From: Bacteroidales bacterium | GTDB taxonomy: Bacteria > Bacteroidota > Bacteroidia > Bacteroidales > JAFGXI01 | Length of the DNA: 64,000 nt | Reading direction: 5' to 3' | Assembly (NCBI GenBank): GCA_016936665.1 | Contig: JAFGXI010000010.1 | Location: forward strand, 72,611 to 136,610 | Shown: piece after piece, positions 27,792 through 37,808 of the stretch | How positions within the stretch are numbered: position 1 is the first letter of the stretch | Layout of the letters: each line of letters starts with the position of its first letter | Position numbers and translations under genes: made by a program | Notes under the pieces: generated by a model | The model's input: only the letters and a program-made list of their open reading frames with translations | The model's database searches: none | Told to the model about the DNA's origin: nothing

Positions 27792-29738
27792 TTGATTGAT
27801 CAGCAGACCATAGGACGTATACTCGACGCCGCAGACATTGTCGAAGTAGTTAGCGATTTCGTTTCTTTAAAAAAACGAGGCGTTAATTACATAGGCCATT
27901 GCCCTTTTCACAACGAAAAAACACCTTCGTTCACAGTTTCTCCAAGTAAAGGTATTTGTAAATGTTTTGGATGCGGTGCCGGAGGAAATGCTGTCAATTT
28001 TATAATGGAGCTCGAAAACTTAAGTTACCCCGAGGCACTTAAGTATCTGGCCAGAAAATACAACATCCCAATCGAGGAAAAAGAACTTTCCAAAGAAGAA
28101 AAAGATGAAAAATCTAAACTGGAAAGTTTGCGAATCATCACTGAGTTTGCCGGAAAATACTTTAACGACACGCTCTTAAACAACGACGAAGGGACGACTA
28201 TTGGTTTAAGTTATTTGCAAGAAAGAGGTATTAACAGAAATACTATTAACAAATTTCAATTAGGCTATTGCCCAAACACAGGCGATGCTTTTACGCAACA
28301 AGCCCTAAAAAATGGTTATAATAAAGCCTTGCTTGTTGAGTTAGGTTTAACTAAAACTGGCCAATACAGCGACTTCGACTTCTTCAAAGGAAGAGTCATC
28401 TTTCCTATCCATAATCTTGCCGGACATGTTATTGCTTTCGGCGGTAGAACATTAAAAGCAACAAAAGATACAGCTAAATATTTCAACTCACCTGAAAGTC
28501 CGCTTTATCACAAAAGTGATGTTCTTTATGGAATTTATCAAGCCAAAAAAGCAATAACACAAGAAAACAAGTGCTATTTGGTAGAAGGCTACACCGATGT
28601 TACTTCACTTTTTCAGTCCGGTATCGAGAACGCAGTTGCTTCATCAGGAACGGCATTAACGACTGGTCAAATACGACTAATTAAACGTTTTACACAAAAT
28701 ATAACCATCATTTACGATGGCGATGCAGCCGGAATTAAGGCCGCATTGAAGGGAATTGATTTAGTGCTTGAACAAACAATGAACGTTCGAGTAGTGCTAT
28801 TGCCCGATGGCGAAGATCCCGACTCATTTTCGAAAACAAACTCACACGAAGCATTCCGAAAGTATATTGAAGAACAAGAAAAAGACTTTATTCACTTTAA
28901 AGCAGAATTGTTATTGCACGAAGCCAAAGACGATCCTGTTAAAAGAGCTGAAGCAACGAGAAGTATCGTTGAGTCAATTTCTAAAATTCCCGACACATTT
29001 ATCAGAGGTGAATTTACACGTTCAACGGCAAGACTATTAAAGATAAAAGAAGAGGTTTTAAATCAAGAAATAAGACAAAGAGTTTTCAATCAGATTGAAA
29101 AGATTAATAAAACGCAATTAAGCCCTGTTCCACCAGACAATCAAGAAATTAGGAAACAAACGCAAGATTTCGTTGATTTTGATAAAGCCTACTTTCATGA
29201 AATTGAAAGCTCATTGCTAAAATATTTAATAAAATACCCAAATAACAATCTCACAGTAGAAAGCGATTTTAATGAAGTAAAAAGTATTACTTGTGCTCAA
29301 TATCTATTCGACGAATTGATGATAGATGAAATCAATTTTGCAAACGAAATTTACAACGAGATGTTTCATCTGGCTTTTGAACATTTTCATAAAGGGAATA
29401 AACTAAGCATCGACTTTTTTATTAACCATGAGAAACCATATATTTCTAAGGCAGCAACAGACATCATAGTTTCGAAATATGAACTGAGCGAACTTTTTGT
29501 AAAACAAAACATCGAAATTATTAAGGAAGAAGATCGCTTAAAAACACTTCTTCCCAACAACATCATCATTTACAAAAGTCGCTCTCTAAACAAAGCCGCA
29601 AAAGAAATCGAGCTTAAACTTTCGGAACTAAATGACAACGATCATTGGGAAGAAATCATTCAACTTACAAGCAAATTGGCAAGGATTAAAAACGCATTAA
29701 AAGAAGTCAGTTTGTTGATTAAAAGAATCATTCCTTAG
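27792..29738 (+). CDS. dnaG: DNA primase
   Basis: 648 aa, TTG start. Zinc ribbon CPFHNEKTPSFTVSPSKGICKCFGCG. TOPRIM motifs VEGYTDV and YDGDAAG. Confidence 0.95.
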   Translation: MIDQQTIGRILDAADIVEVVSDFVSLKKRGVNYIGHCPFHNEKTPSFTVSPSKGICKCFGCGAGGNAVNFIMELENLSYPEALKYLARKYNIPIEEKELSKEEKDEKSKLESLRIITEFAGKYFNDTLLNNDEGTTIGLSYLQERGINRNTINKFQLGYCPNTGDAFTQQALKNGYNKALLVELGLTKTGQYSDFDFFKGRVIFPIHNLAGHVIAFGGRTLKATKDTAKYFNSPESPLYHKSDVLYGIYQAKKAITQENKCYLVEGYTDVTSLFQSGIENAVASSGTALTTGQIRLIKRFTQNITIIYDGDAAGIKAALKGIDLVLEQTMNVRVVLLPDGEDPDSFSKTNSHEAFRKYIEEQEKDFIHFKAELLLHEAKDDPVKRAEATRSIVESISKIPDTFIRGEFTRSTARLLKIKEEVLNQEIRQRVFNQIEKINKTQLSPVPPDNQEIRKQTQDFVDFDKAYFHEIESSLLKYLIKYPNNNLTVESDFNEVKSITCAQYLFDELMIDEINFANEIYNEMFHLAFEHFHKGNKLSIDFFINHEKPYISKAATDIIVSKYELSELFVKQNIEIIKEEDRLKTLLPNNIIIYKSRSLNKAAKEIELKLSELNDNDHWEEIIQLTSKLARIKNALKEVSLLIKRIIP

Positions 29739-30058
29739 CTTGCTCCTGCTAACTGCGAGGCTTTATTGTAATCTGCTAATGCTTTTCTGCTATCTTTAAT
29801 TGAATAATAAGCCAGTGCTCTGTTTCTATAGGCTTCTGAGTAATTTGGTATTAAATTAATTGCTTCTGTAAAGTCGGAAATAGCTTCAGAAAATAATCCC
29901 ATATCATGAAAGGTAATTCCTCTATTCAGAAAGGCTTCTGCATCTAACTCGTCTGACTCTATGGCTTTGGTGTAGCATTTAATGGTTGCCTTGTATTCTC
30001 CTCTAAGGTACTTTTCGTTTCCTTCGATGGTCCAGTTTTTTTTGAAAGTTATTTTCAT
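29735..30058 (-). CDS. Tetratricopeptide-repeat protein
   Basis: About 107 aa from the ATG at 30058 (the track's GTG at 30076 is possible). TPR-like repeats (AEAFLNRGITFHDMGLFSEAISDFTEAINLIPNYSEAYRNRALAYY). The stop overlaps the dnaG stop by 4 nt (convergent). Confidence 0.7.
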   Translation of the reverse strand: MKITFKKNWTIEGNEKYLRGEYKATIKCYTKAIESDELDAEAFLNRGITFHDMGLFSEAISDFTEAINLIPNYSEAYRNRALAYYSIKDSRKALADYNKASQLAGAS

Positions 30059-30224
30059 GGCTTGCGGACTTTTCACGAAAGAGAAATAACACTTTTGGGT
30101 TGGGTGTTAAACCTCTTTCGCTGGTTCATAACTGCTATTTCTGTAATGTAAAAGTACGTCAGAAGGTCAAACAATTAAACAGCTAAATAACCAATCGCAG
30201 GTATAATGTTGCTAGTGGTCGGTT

Positions 30225-30971
30225 TTAGTTTACGGATGGTATTTTTAAACTTACCTCGCCGTGCATATAAGTATTTACGCGTGCATTTTCTACACGAACC
30301 TCTAAACATCCGGAGGCATCTACACCTAATATAACCCCAAGAAAAACGTTATTTTCAGAGTTAAAAAACTCAGTAAGTTCGCCCAATCTATACAAGTATT
30401 TATTGTACAACAGATGAATTTCACTTTTTCTATTCAATAGGCTAAAGACCTCATTAACAATCTCTTCTCCAATTTGTCCAATATCAAAGGCTTCTCCTGT
30501 TATTTGTTTCATCGATACTGGATTAGGGAGCCCTTCCGAAAATTCTGTTTGATTCACATTTAAACCGATTCCTATTATTGTTTTTTCAATTTTATTACCA
30601 ACAAAAGTATTCTCGATTAATATGCCGGCTACTTTTTTATTTCCTACATAAATATCGTTCGGCCATTTAATAGAAATTTGAATAATGTTTTTTCTCGATA
30701 ACACATTGAATACGGCTATCGCAGCAAGTTCAGATATTAAATTAGATTGCTCTATCGGAACAGAAACAGCACGAATGCCAATAGATATTAATAAATTTTT
30801 CCCTTTTTCGCTCTCCCAAATTCGAGCAAACTGACCTCTGCCAGATTCCTGAACTTCGCTACGAACATAAATTTTTTCGAGCATTGGATTGTCGTTTAAA
30901 ATCTGCTTTGCTTTATCATTCGTTGAATTTAGCGTTTCGAAAAAATACTTTTCGATATATCTTCCTTGCAT
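30225..30971 (-). CDS. birA: Biotin-[acetyl-CoA-carboxylase] ligase, group I (no N-terminal HTH domain)
   Basis: 248 aa. GRGQFARIWES (GRGRxGRxW-type motif), KWPNDIYVGNKKVAGILIE. The sequence starts directly in the catalytic domain. Confidence 0.88.
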   Translation of the reverse strand: MQGRYIEKYFFETLNSTNDKAKQILNDNPMLEKIYVRSEVQESGRGQFARIWESEKGKNLLISIGIRAVSVPIEQSNLISELAAIAVFNVLSRKNIIQISIKWPNDIYVGNKKVAGILIENTFVGNKIEKTIIGIGLNVNQTEFSEGLPNPVSMKQITGEAFDIGQIGEEIVNEVFSLLNRKSEIHLLYNKYLYRLGELTEFFNSENNVFLGVILGVDASGCLEVRVENARVNTYMHGEVSLKIPSVN

Positions 30972-31100
30972 TGATATGTTTTTTTAGCAAAATAGTCAAA
31001 AAATGTTAAAAACTCAAAATAGACTTTAATATTATTTGTATATTGTATTGATGAATTTCGACCCTAAAATAGCAAACAATACAGAATTAAAAAATTAATT

Positions 31101-34100
31101 ATGAGACAGTTAACTCTAAAAACAATTTTATTCCTAAGCTTGTTAGTTACAAGTTTAATAGGATTTTCTCAGTTTAACCTCGAAAATACCTTTACATCGA
31201 CCTCGTCTAACACTCAGTTTGGTAAATCGGTAGACCGTTATTACGATTATGCGATTGTTGGTGCTCCAAACGATATGGATATGACTAACGAAGCAGGGGC
31301 AGCGTACATCTATCAATACGATGGCACTTCTTGGTCCGTTGTAAAGAAAATATTTTCTGCTTCCCCTTTTAATCATGCACACTTTGGTACTTCAGTTGCC
31401 ATTTATGGTGATTTTGCTTTTGTTGGAGCTCCTGAAGAAGATTCAGGAAATGGTGCTGTATATATTTATAATCGCAACGAAGGCGGGTATAACAATTGGG
31501 GGCATTTTTATACTTTAACAGGGAATTCAGCTGCACAATTTGGGTATTCCATTGCTGTTGATAATGAATACTTGATTATTGGAGAGCCCTATACTTCATC
31601 TGGAGGAATAGCTTATATATTCTATCAAAACGAAAGTGGCCCGCATCACTGGGGCCTTGTTAAAACAATAGCCCCTACAAGCACGCAAGCAGGGGCAAAT
31701 TTTGGAGCTTCTGTAAGCTTATACAACAATACAGCAGTTGTTGGAGCTAGTAATTACAATAGCACTGGAGCTGCCTTTATTTTTGAAAGGGATCAGAATG
31801 GAGCTGATCAATGGGGTCAGTGGACCGTAAAATTTGCAAACATCCCTAGTTCAAGCGAGTATTTTGGAAGTGCTGTAGATTTATCCGATACCATTCTTGT
31901 TGTCGGAGCATATAATAGCAACGCAGGGTTATCAGGCTGTGGTGCTGCTTATGTTTTCTACAAAGATAATGGAAGTCCCGGCGACTGGGGACAAGTAAAG
32001 AAATTAACATCTTCACACTCGGCTAACAACGCTTACTTTGGCACTTCTGTTTCTATTTCCAGTGAAAATATTTTAGTTGGAGCGCCCGGCTATCAATCTT
32101 ATGCTGGTGAAGCTGTGTTATTTAAAATGAACAATGGTGGCGATAATAACTGGGGCGAGATTTCTAACTTTCAATCACCCAGTCACTATTCATCCGAATA
32201 CTTTGGGCAAAGTATAAACTTATTCAACGACATATTTTTAGTGGGGGCAACTTCTAGCCCAAGTGCCGATGGTGCTGTGTACTGCTATAAATCTACCACG
32301 AATACAGGCTGTATGTTTGCTCAATATAAAATGGATGGCGATTTAAATGAAGTCTCAGCAAACAACAACGGTACTATAAATGGGCCTACATCTGATAACG
32401 ACCGTTTTGGTGCACCCGGAAGCGCACTGCATTTCGATGGCACTGATGATTTTGGTTACATTACAACGGGAATGAATAACATGAGCCAAGGCGCAGTCTC
32501 AATTTGGGCATACGTAGACGATCCAACTTCTTTTCCTGTTTTTACAAGGCCGGGGACGAATGCAGGAGATATTGATCTACAATTAATATTAAATGGTAAT
32601 ACTCAAGAGTTTACCTTAGCTAATACTACACTAAATAACACTGATAATTTATCGGTTAACAACTGGCATCATTTTGTTTGTTCTTGGGATGGCGCTAGTA
32701 TGTTTTTGTATATCGATGGAGTGCTAAGAAACGAAATGGTTAATGCTTTAGGAACCATTAACACAACTGGCTCCGATTTTGTATTGGGTAATGATAACTC
32801 TGGAATCTATTTCGCCAATGGTAGAATGGATGATTTAAAATTCTTCGATTGCCCCTTAACAGAACCGGAAGTCGAAGAAATATATACCGAAAATGGATGG
32901 GGACAAACTTACTCATGCATAAAAAATCATTATCCATTCGACGGCAACGCCGATGATTACAGCATCTCAATGCAAAATGGAATGACTAACAATGCCATTG
33001 CCGGTAATGACAGATTCGACAACGGCGTTGGAGCATTATTTTTCGAAAGCGCAAATGTAAGCTTGCCAGACGGTGTTATATCAGAGATACCGGAAGGGAG
33101 TGTTTCTGTTTGGATTAAACCTAATACGAGCTTATCCTTTTATTATTTCCCAATTATAGAATCGGCCACTGCCGCTACACCAGAATTACCTTATTTTAAG
33201 TTGTATATTGAAGAATATGAATTAAAAGCAAATATTTACGACCTTAATACTCCCACAGAAAATGAAATTTATTCTTCTAACTATCTTTTAAATGGAACTG
33301 ACTGGCATCAAGTTGGTGTATCTTGGGATGCAGATAGTATTAAATTTTTTATAGATGGTAAAATAAGAGAAAGTATCTACAACAGTTTTGGAGCATACAT
33401 TCCTCTTAACTCCGCACCAACAATTATTGGAGAAGACTATGTGCCTAATTGGGCCGAGGGTTATTTCGACGATTTAAAGATTTTCACCTGTACATTAACT
33501 GCCGATCAAATAGATGAAATGTATCATGATGGAGGTTATGGTTACCCGGACTTTGTCGATCAATGCTTTAACTTTAACGATAACACTTATCCTTCGAACT
33601 GGGAATTGTACAATACTACCAATGCCTCTATCGAAAATGGTAAATTTATGGTTTACAACGATGGTACTGACCAGACTGCAGAATTAGGATGCAATGGCCA
33701 ATTACCTTTAAATACAGACTCTTTAATTATTGAGTGGCAATCTCAAACCATTTCTACCAATCCTTTCCATTTTACTGGGGTTGGCTTAAAACTAGCAGAT
33801 ACTTCATTGTTCTTTGTACATATGCAAAACCCTACTTATGACTTTGGTGCTATTGCAGTTGGTGGTAATGAAGACGTACCTTTATTCTTAGCAGCAGATT
33901 CTATTTCAATAAATACCGGCATTTATAACAATAAGTTAATTTGCACCAATAGTACCATGTACTTTGTTTCGCAAAAAGCTACCAATGCCAATGTTGTTCC
34001 TTTTGAAATTGAATTTAATCCATTTACTATAGACCCAACATATTCTTTAGAAAAAATAAGACAAATTTCTCTAATACAGCAAGCAGGACCACAAGCTTCC

Positions 34101-36551
34101 TACAATTGGATAGACAACGTATGCATTAAAATCATCGAAGCTAGTGCTACTGAAAGTTGCGAGTTGGCATTTTATAAGTTTAATGCCAATATCTCCGATC
34201 ATAGTGGCAATGGAAATCATTTACAAGTTGAAAACGGGCCATTTAATTACGCAACCAATCGTTTCAATATTCCATACGGAGCCCTTAGCATTAATGGTAC
34301 AAACCAAGAATTTTATACTATAGTCGAGGCGCCTTCATTGTATGAAGATTGCTCTGTAAGCGCTTGGATTAAACCTAACGACTATGACAGCAATGATACT
34401 GCAATGATTTTTGTAAATTACCACGAGAGTGATCCCGGAAGTTCGTTTATGGTTGGAATTTTCGAAGCGACTGGCAAACTCTTTTACGGTCATTACAATA
34501 ACGACGGCTCATTATTTGCCTCTATGTCCGACAATCCTATTCCAACCAATGTTTGGACACACGTTGTTGTGGTTAGAGATGATGCCAACTCCAGATACAC
34601 ATTGTATTTAAATAACGATTCTATTAATTCGTTTATTTATCCCAATCCACCAACTCAAGTTGCATCAGTATCTGCATTTGCAGTATCTTCTTCCGATCCC
34701 GGTTATTGCTTTTATGGGGATGTTGATGATATTATTGTTTCGCAATGTATAATGAATGAAAACACTGTAGATTCTTTATACCATGTTAATGGATGGCCTT
34801 CTGCAATGTGCGACAATATGGTTATAGCAATTACTAAAAATCCGGCATCATGTGGTGAAGATAATGGTTCAGCTATGGTTACTGTTTCAGGAGGATCCGG
34901 ATATTATAATGTTTCTTGGAGCAATGGCGACGAAGGCTATTATGCTGTAGATCTTTCTTCAGGGGTACATTCTGTAAATGTTACCGATAGTATTTATGGA
35001 TGTATGATTAATCAATTTTTCACAATAAATAATACAGACGCTCCAGTAATTCAGCTAACACCAAGCAATTTATCTTGTTTTAACAATCATACAGGTTCTG
35101 TAAGCATGAATATAACCGGAGGAACTTCTCCCTATAATATTGAGTGGTCTAATGGTCAGACAACACAAAATATTGGGGGCTTAACAGCAGGAAATTATTC
35201 AGTAACCATTGTAGACCAAAATGGTTGTGTTAGCTACGACGATGTGCTATTAACCCAACCAAACGCAATAAGCGCAAGCTTCAGCGTTACCAATTCTAGT
35301 TGTGGCAATAGCGATGGAGAAATTACTATCACCGTAGGAGGAGGAACACCAAACTATACGTATAACTGGTCAAATTCAGGAACTACAGCAACCATCTCAG
35401 GCCTTCCTGCTTCAAACTACACTGTAACAGTAAGCGATGCTCATGGATGTACTAAACTATTTACATCAGGCGTAAGCGATAGTGGCTCACCTATTGCTAT
35501 TGTAGACTCAATTCAATCGGCAAGATGTGGCGAAAACGGAAGCATATACATTGGCGTTTCAGGAGGTTCCGGCTCATACATTTATGAGTGGTCGAATGCA
35601 GAAACGACAGAAGATATTGAAGGCTTTGAGCCGGGAGAATATTGGGTAACCATTACCGATGGAACATGCCATACAATGTTAAGTGCAGAAATACCATATA
35701 TTATTCCAGAAAATCAAGAAATCTGTGTTGTAACTGTGGATCAAAACACCGCTAAGAATTTAGTTGTTTGGGAAAAAGTTGAAGCCAGCGATGGTGTCGA
35801 CCATTATAATGTTTATAGAGAAGGTTTCGTAGCAGACGATTATCAGCTTGTAGGTACAGTGGATGCTATCGACATGAGTGAATTCTCAGACCCAATAGCC
35901 AGCCCATTTACAAGATCTTGGAAATATAAAATATCTTCGGAAGATGCCTGTGGCAACGAATCCGCATTAAGCGATGCACACAAAACCATTCACCTTTCTA
36001 TCAGTCTCGGTTTAGGCGGTGCTATAAACTTAATGTGGGACGATTACGATGGATTCGAATATTATACATATTACATTAATAGACACACAACAGCCAATGG
36101 TTGGGAAGTTATCGATTCGCTTCCAACATATTTACATTCCTATTCCGATACCCCACCTTCCTTATATGGATTATGGTACACCGTTACAGTAAATGCTCCC
36201 GGACAATGTGTTCCTACCTCAGATTCAAAAGCCAATGGTGGCCCTTATTATCAATCAACTTCAAATATAGAAGATGAAGGAGCAATCGATTTGGAAGTAA
36301 ATAATAAATATGAAGATCAGCAATTGATTGTTTTTCCAAACCCAAATAACGGACAGTTTATTATAGAATTTAATGAATTCGAAACGGGTAATTACGAAAT
36401 TATAGATCTTTCCGGCAAAGTAATAGCTCAAGAAAACTTTAATAATATTAAACAAATCAAGCATTTAGATCAACTAGAAAAAGGAATATATTTAGTTAAC
36501 ATTCAAGTTGACTCCAAATACACAAAATCTATAAAAATTGTTGTTCAATAA
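31101..36551 (+). CDS. Giant T9SS-secreted surface protein: 7-blade FG-GAP propeller, 3 LamG (concanavalin-like) domains, 4 SprB repeats, type-A Por C-terminal sorting domain
   Basis: 1816 aa. Signal peptide. Seven FG..V...........VGAP....G..Y.. units (aa 38-397). LamG-like modules ending RMDDLKFF, YFDDLKIF, DVDDIIVS (aa ~405-598, 606-810, 1020-1232). Four C..(D/N)G.......GG...Y.Y.WSNG........L..G.Y.V.V.D..GC repeats (aa 1237-1530). C-terminal VFPNPNNGQFIIEF...GIYLVNIQ...IKIVVQ. Confidence 0.85.
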   Translation: MRQLTLKTILFLSLLVTSLIGFSQFNLENTFTSTSSNTQFGKSVDRYYDYAIVGAPNDMDMTNEAGAAYIYQYDGTSWSVVKKIFSASPFNHAHFGTSVAIYGDFAFVGAPEEDSGNGAVYIYNRNEGGYNNWGHFYTLTGNSAAQFGYSIAVDNEYLIIGEPYTSSGGIAYIFYQNESGPHHWGLVKTIAPTSTQAGANFGASVSLYNNTAVVGASNYNSTGAAFIFERDQNGADQWGQWTVKFANIPSSSEYFGSAVDLSDTILVVGAYNSNAGLSGCGAAYVFYKDNGSPGDWGQVKKLTSSHSANNAYFGTSVSISSENILVGAPGYQSYAGEAVLFKMNNGGDNNWGEISNFQSPSHYSSEYFGQSINLFNDIFLVGATSSPSADGAVYCYKSTTNTGCMFAQYKMDGDLNEVSANNNGTINGPTSDNDRFGAPGSALHFDGTDDFGYITTGMNNMSQGAVSIWAYVDDPTSFPVFTRPGTNAGDIDLQLILNGNTQEFTLANTTLNNTDNLSVNNWHHFVCSWDGASMFLYIDGVLRNEMVNALGTINTTGSDFVLGNDNSGIYFANGRMDDLKFFDCPLTEPEVEEIYTENGWGQTYSCIKNHYPFDGNADDYSISMQNGMTNNAIAGNDRFDNGVGALFFESANVSLPDGVISEIPEGSVSVWIKPNTSLSFYYFPIIESATAATPELPYFKLYIEEYELKANIYDLNTPTENEIYSSNYLLNGTDWHQVGVSWDADSIKFFIDGKIRESIYNSFGAYIPLNSAPTIIGEDYVPNWAEGYFDDLKIFTCTLTADQIDEMYHDGGYGYPDFVDQCFNFNDNTYPSNWELYNTTNASIENGKFMVYNDGTDQTAELGCNGQLPLNTDSLIIEWQSQTISTNPFHFTGVGLKLADTSLFFVHMQNPTYDFGAIAVGGNEDVPLFLAADSISINTGIYNNKLICTNSTMYFVSQKATNANVVPFEIEFNPFTIDPTYSLEKIRQISLIQQAGPQASYNWIDNVCIKIIEASATESCELAFYKFNANISDHSGNGNHLQVENGPFNYATNRFNIPYGALSINGTNQEFYTIVEAPSLYEDCSVSAWIKPNDYDSNDTAMIFVNYHESDPGSSFMVGIFEATGKLFYGHYNNDGSLFASMSDNPIPTNVWTHVVVVRDDANSRYTLYLNNDSINSFIYPNPPTQVASVSAFAVSSSDPGYCFYGDVDDIIVSQCIMNENTVDSLYHVNGWPSAMCDNMVIAITKNPASCGEDNGSAMVTVSGGSGYYNVSWSNGDEGYYAVDLSSGVHSVNVTDSIYGCMINQFFTINNTDAPVIQLTPSNLSCFNNHTGSVSMNITGGTSPYNIEWSNGQTTQNIGGLTAGNYSVTIVDQNGCVSYDDVLLTQPNAISASFSVTNSSCGNSDGEITITVGGGTPNYTYNWSNSGTTATISGLPASNYTVTVSDAHGCTKLFTSGVSDSGSPIAIVDSIQSARCGENGSIYIGVSGGSGSYIYEWSNAETTEDIEGFEPGEYWVTITDGTCHTMLSAEIPYIIPENQEICVVTVDQNTAKNLVVWEKVEASDGVDHYNVYREGFVADDYQLVGTVDAIDMSEFSDPIASPFTRSWKYKISSEDACGNESALSDAHKTIHLSISLGLGGAINLMWDDYDGFEYYTYYINRHTTANGWEVIDSLPTYLHSYSDTPPSLYGLWYTVTVNAPGQCVPTSDSKANGGPYYQSTSNIEDEGAIDLEVNNKYEDQQLIVFPNPNNGQFIIEFNEFETGNYEIIDLSGKVIAQENFNNIKQIKHLDQLEKGIYLVNIQVDSKYTKSIKIVVQ
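31212..32291 (+). repeat. Seven tandem FG-GAP-like blade repeats (protein level) within the giant CDS
   Basis: Blades begin FGKSV, FGTSV, FGYSI, FGASV, FGSAV, FGTSV, FGQSI. Each is followed by hydrophobic-VGAP/VGAS and G-A-(A/V)-Y-(I/V)-(F/Y). Confidence 0.75.
34809..35690 (+). repeat. Four tandem SprB-type repeats (protein level) within the giant CDS
   Basis: CGEDNGSAMVTVSGGSGYYNVSWSNG..., CFNNHTGSVSMNITGGTSPYNIEWSNG..., CGNSDGEITITVGGGTPNYTYNWSNS..., CGENGSIYIGVSGGSGSYIYEWSNA... Confidence 0.75.
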
Positions 36552-36569
36552 TTTGACAATAACACAAGT

Positions 36570-36605
36570 AAAAGCTGTCCGTAATAGACAGCTTTTATTG
36601 TTTTA
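36570..36605 (+). terminator. Rho-independent terminator after the giant CDS
   Basis: AAAGCTGTC-cgtaata-GACAGCTTT followed by TATTGTTTT. Confidence 0.8.
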
Positions 36606-36676
36606 ATACATTTGTGAAAAATGAGTAAAAAAGTAAACAATCTTTTTTGTAATTTCGCAGTCCTAAAATTTAATTT

Positions 36677-37009
36677 ATGTACAAAGACGTTAAAAGCTTA
36701 GATGAGTTTAACCAAATCCTTTCGGACAACGATGCTGTGTTAGGTTATTTTTCTAATGAAACATGCAATGTTTGTAAAGTTTTAAAACCACAAGTTTATG
36801 AGATGGTGCAGAAAAATTACCCTAAAATAAAATCTATTTATGTCGACATATCAGAAGTTCCAGAAATATCGGCACAAAACACAATTTTCACTATACCTAC
36901 AATTGTTTTATATTTAGCCGGTAAAGAAACTTTTAGAAAGAGCAGACACATCGGATTAGAAGAATTAAAGGAAGCTATAGCACGTCCTTATCAACTAATG
37001 TTTTCATAA
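36677..37009 (+). CDS. Thioredoxin-family protein
   Basis: 110 aa. CxxC motif (ETCNVCKV) at the expected position. cis-Pro-like TIPT motif (FTIPTIVLY). Confidence 0.7.
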   Translation: MYKDVKSLDEFNQILSDNDAVLGYFSNETCNVCKVLKPQVYEMVQKNYPKIKSIYVDISEVPEISAQNTIFTIPTIVLYLAGKETFRKSRHIGLEELKEAIARPYQLMFS

Positions 37010-37021
37010 AATTATTATCCA

Positions 37022-37729
37022 ATGGGAAGAGCATTTGAATTTCGAAAAGCAAGAAAGATGAAGCGATGGTCGCAAATGGCCAAAACTTTTACCAAAATAG
37101 GAAAAGACATTGTTATTGCAGTTAAAGAAGGTGGCGCAGATCCCGAAAACAACTCAAAATTAAGAGCTGTTATACAAAACGCCAAAGACGCCAACATGCC
37201 CAAAGAGAATGTTGAAAGAGCAATAAAAAAAGCATCCGATAAAGACACCTCTACATACAAAGAAGTAATTTTTGAAGGTTATGCTCCACATGGCATAGCT
37301 ATAGTTGTAGAAACAGCAACAGACAACAATAATAGAACCGTTGCAAATATTAGATCCTATTTTAATAAACATAATGGCAATTTAGGAACTTCGGGGTCAG
37401 TACTTTTTATGTTCGACCATACTTGTCATTTTAAAATTGCAAACAAAGGCCAAGATGTAGAAGAATTGGAATTAGAATTAATCGATTTTGGAGCCGATGA
37501 AGTTTTTGTCGATGAAGAATTCATTATGATTTACGGTTCCTTCGAAAATTTTGGTGCTCTTCAATCAAAATTAGAAGGGGATGGTTTCGAAATATTAGCC
37601 TCTGGTTTTGAAAGAATTCCGCAAAACACAGTTTCTTTAACTGACGAACAAGTTGAAGAAATAGAAGTGCTTTTGGAAAAATTTGAAGAGGACGATGACG
37701 TAATGAATGTCTATCATAATATGGCTTAA
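37022..37729 (+). CDS. YebC/PmpR-family DNA-binding transcriptional regulator
   Basis: 235 aa. MGRAFEFRKARKMKRW...KLRAVIQNAKDANMPKENVERAIKKA...EGYAPHGIAIVVE is the characteristic YebC family sequence. Confidence 0.92.
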   Translation: MGRAFEFRKARKMKRWSQMAKTFTKIGKDIVIAVKEGGADPENNSKLRAVIQNAKDANMPKENVERAIKKASDKDTSTYKEVIFEGYAPHGIAIVVETATDNNNRTVANIRSYFNKHNGNLGTSGSVLFMFDHTCHFKIANKGQDVEELELELIDFGADEVFVDEEFIMIYGSFENFGALQSKLEGDGFEILASGFERIPQNTVSLTDEQVEEIEVLLEKFEEDDDVMNVYHNMA

Positions 37730-37784
37730 ATGTTAAAAAAATAAAAAAAGTAAAAAAATACTTGTTTTATTATAAATCTGTATT

Positions 37785-37808
37785 TATCTTCGCTTAGAAT
37801 TATTCTAA
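37785..37808 (+). promoter_or_regulatory. -7-like box TATCTTCG (37785-37792) followed by a perfect 7-1-7 palindrome TTAGAAT-T-ATTCTAA (37794-37808) upstream of tpx; candidate Fur-family (PerR/Fur-like) operator
   Basis: The inverted repeat was read directly and ends 14 nt before the tpx ATG. It differs from the B. subtilis Per box TTATAATNATTATAA only at the symmetric position 4/12. Confidence 0.4.

Noticed and set aside
30076-30120. Nested hairpin CGAAAGAG...AACAC-N11-GTGTT...CTCTTTCG between birA and the TPR gene, considered as the birA terminator or a riboswitch-like element
   Set aside because: No U-tract follows it on the minus strand. It is about 105 nt from the birA stop, and I recognise no known RNA family. 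It may simply be 5'-UTR structure of the TPR gene. The evidence is insufficient to call it.
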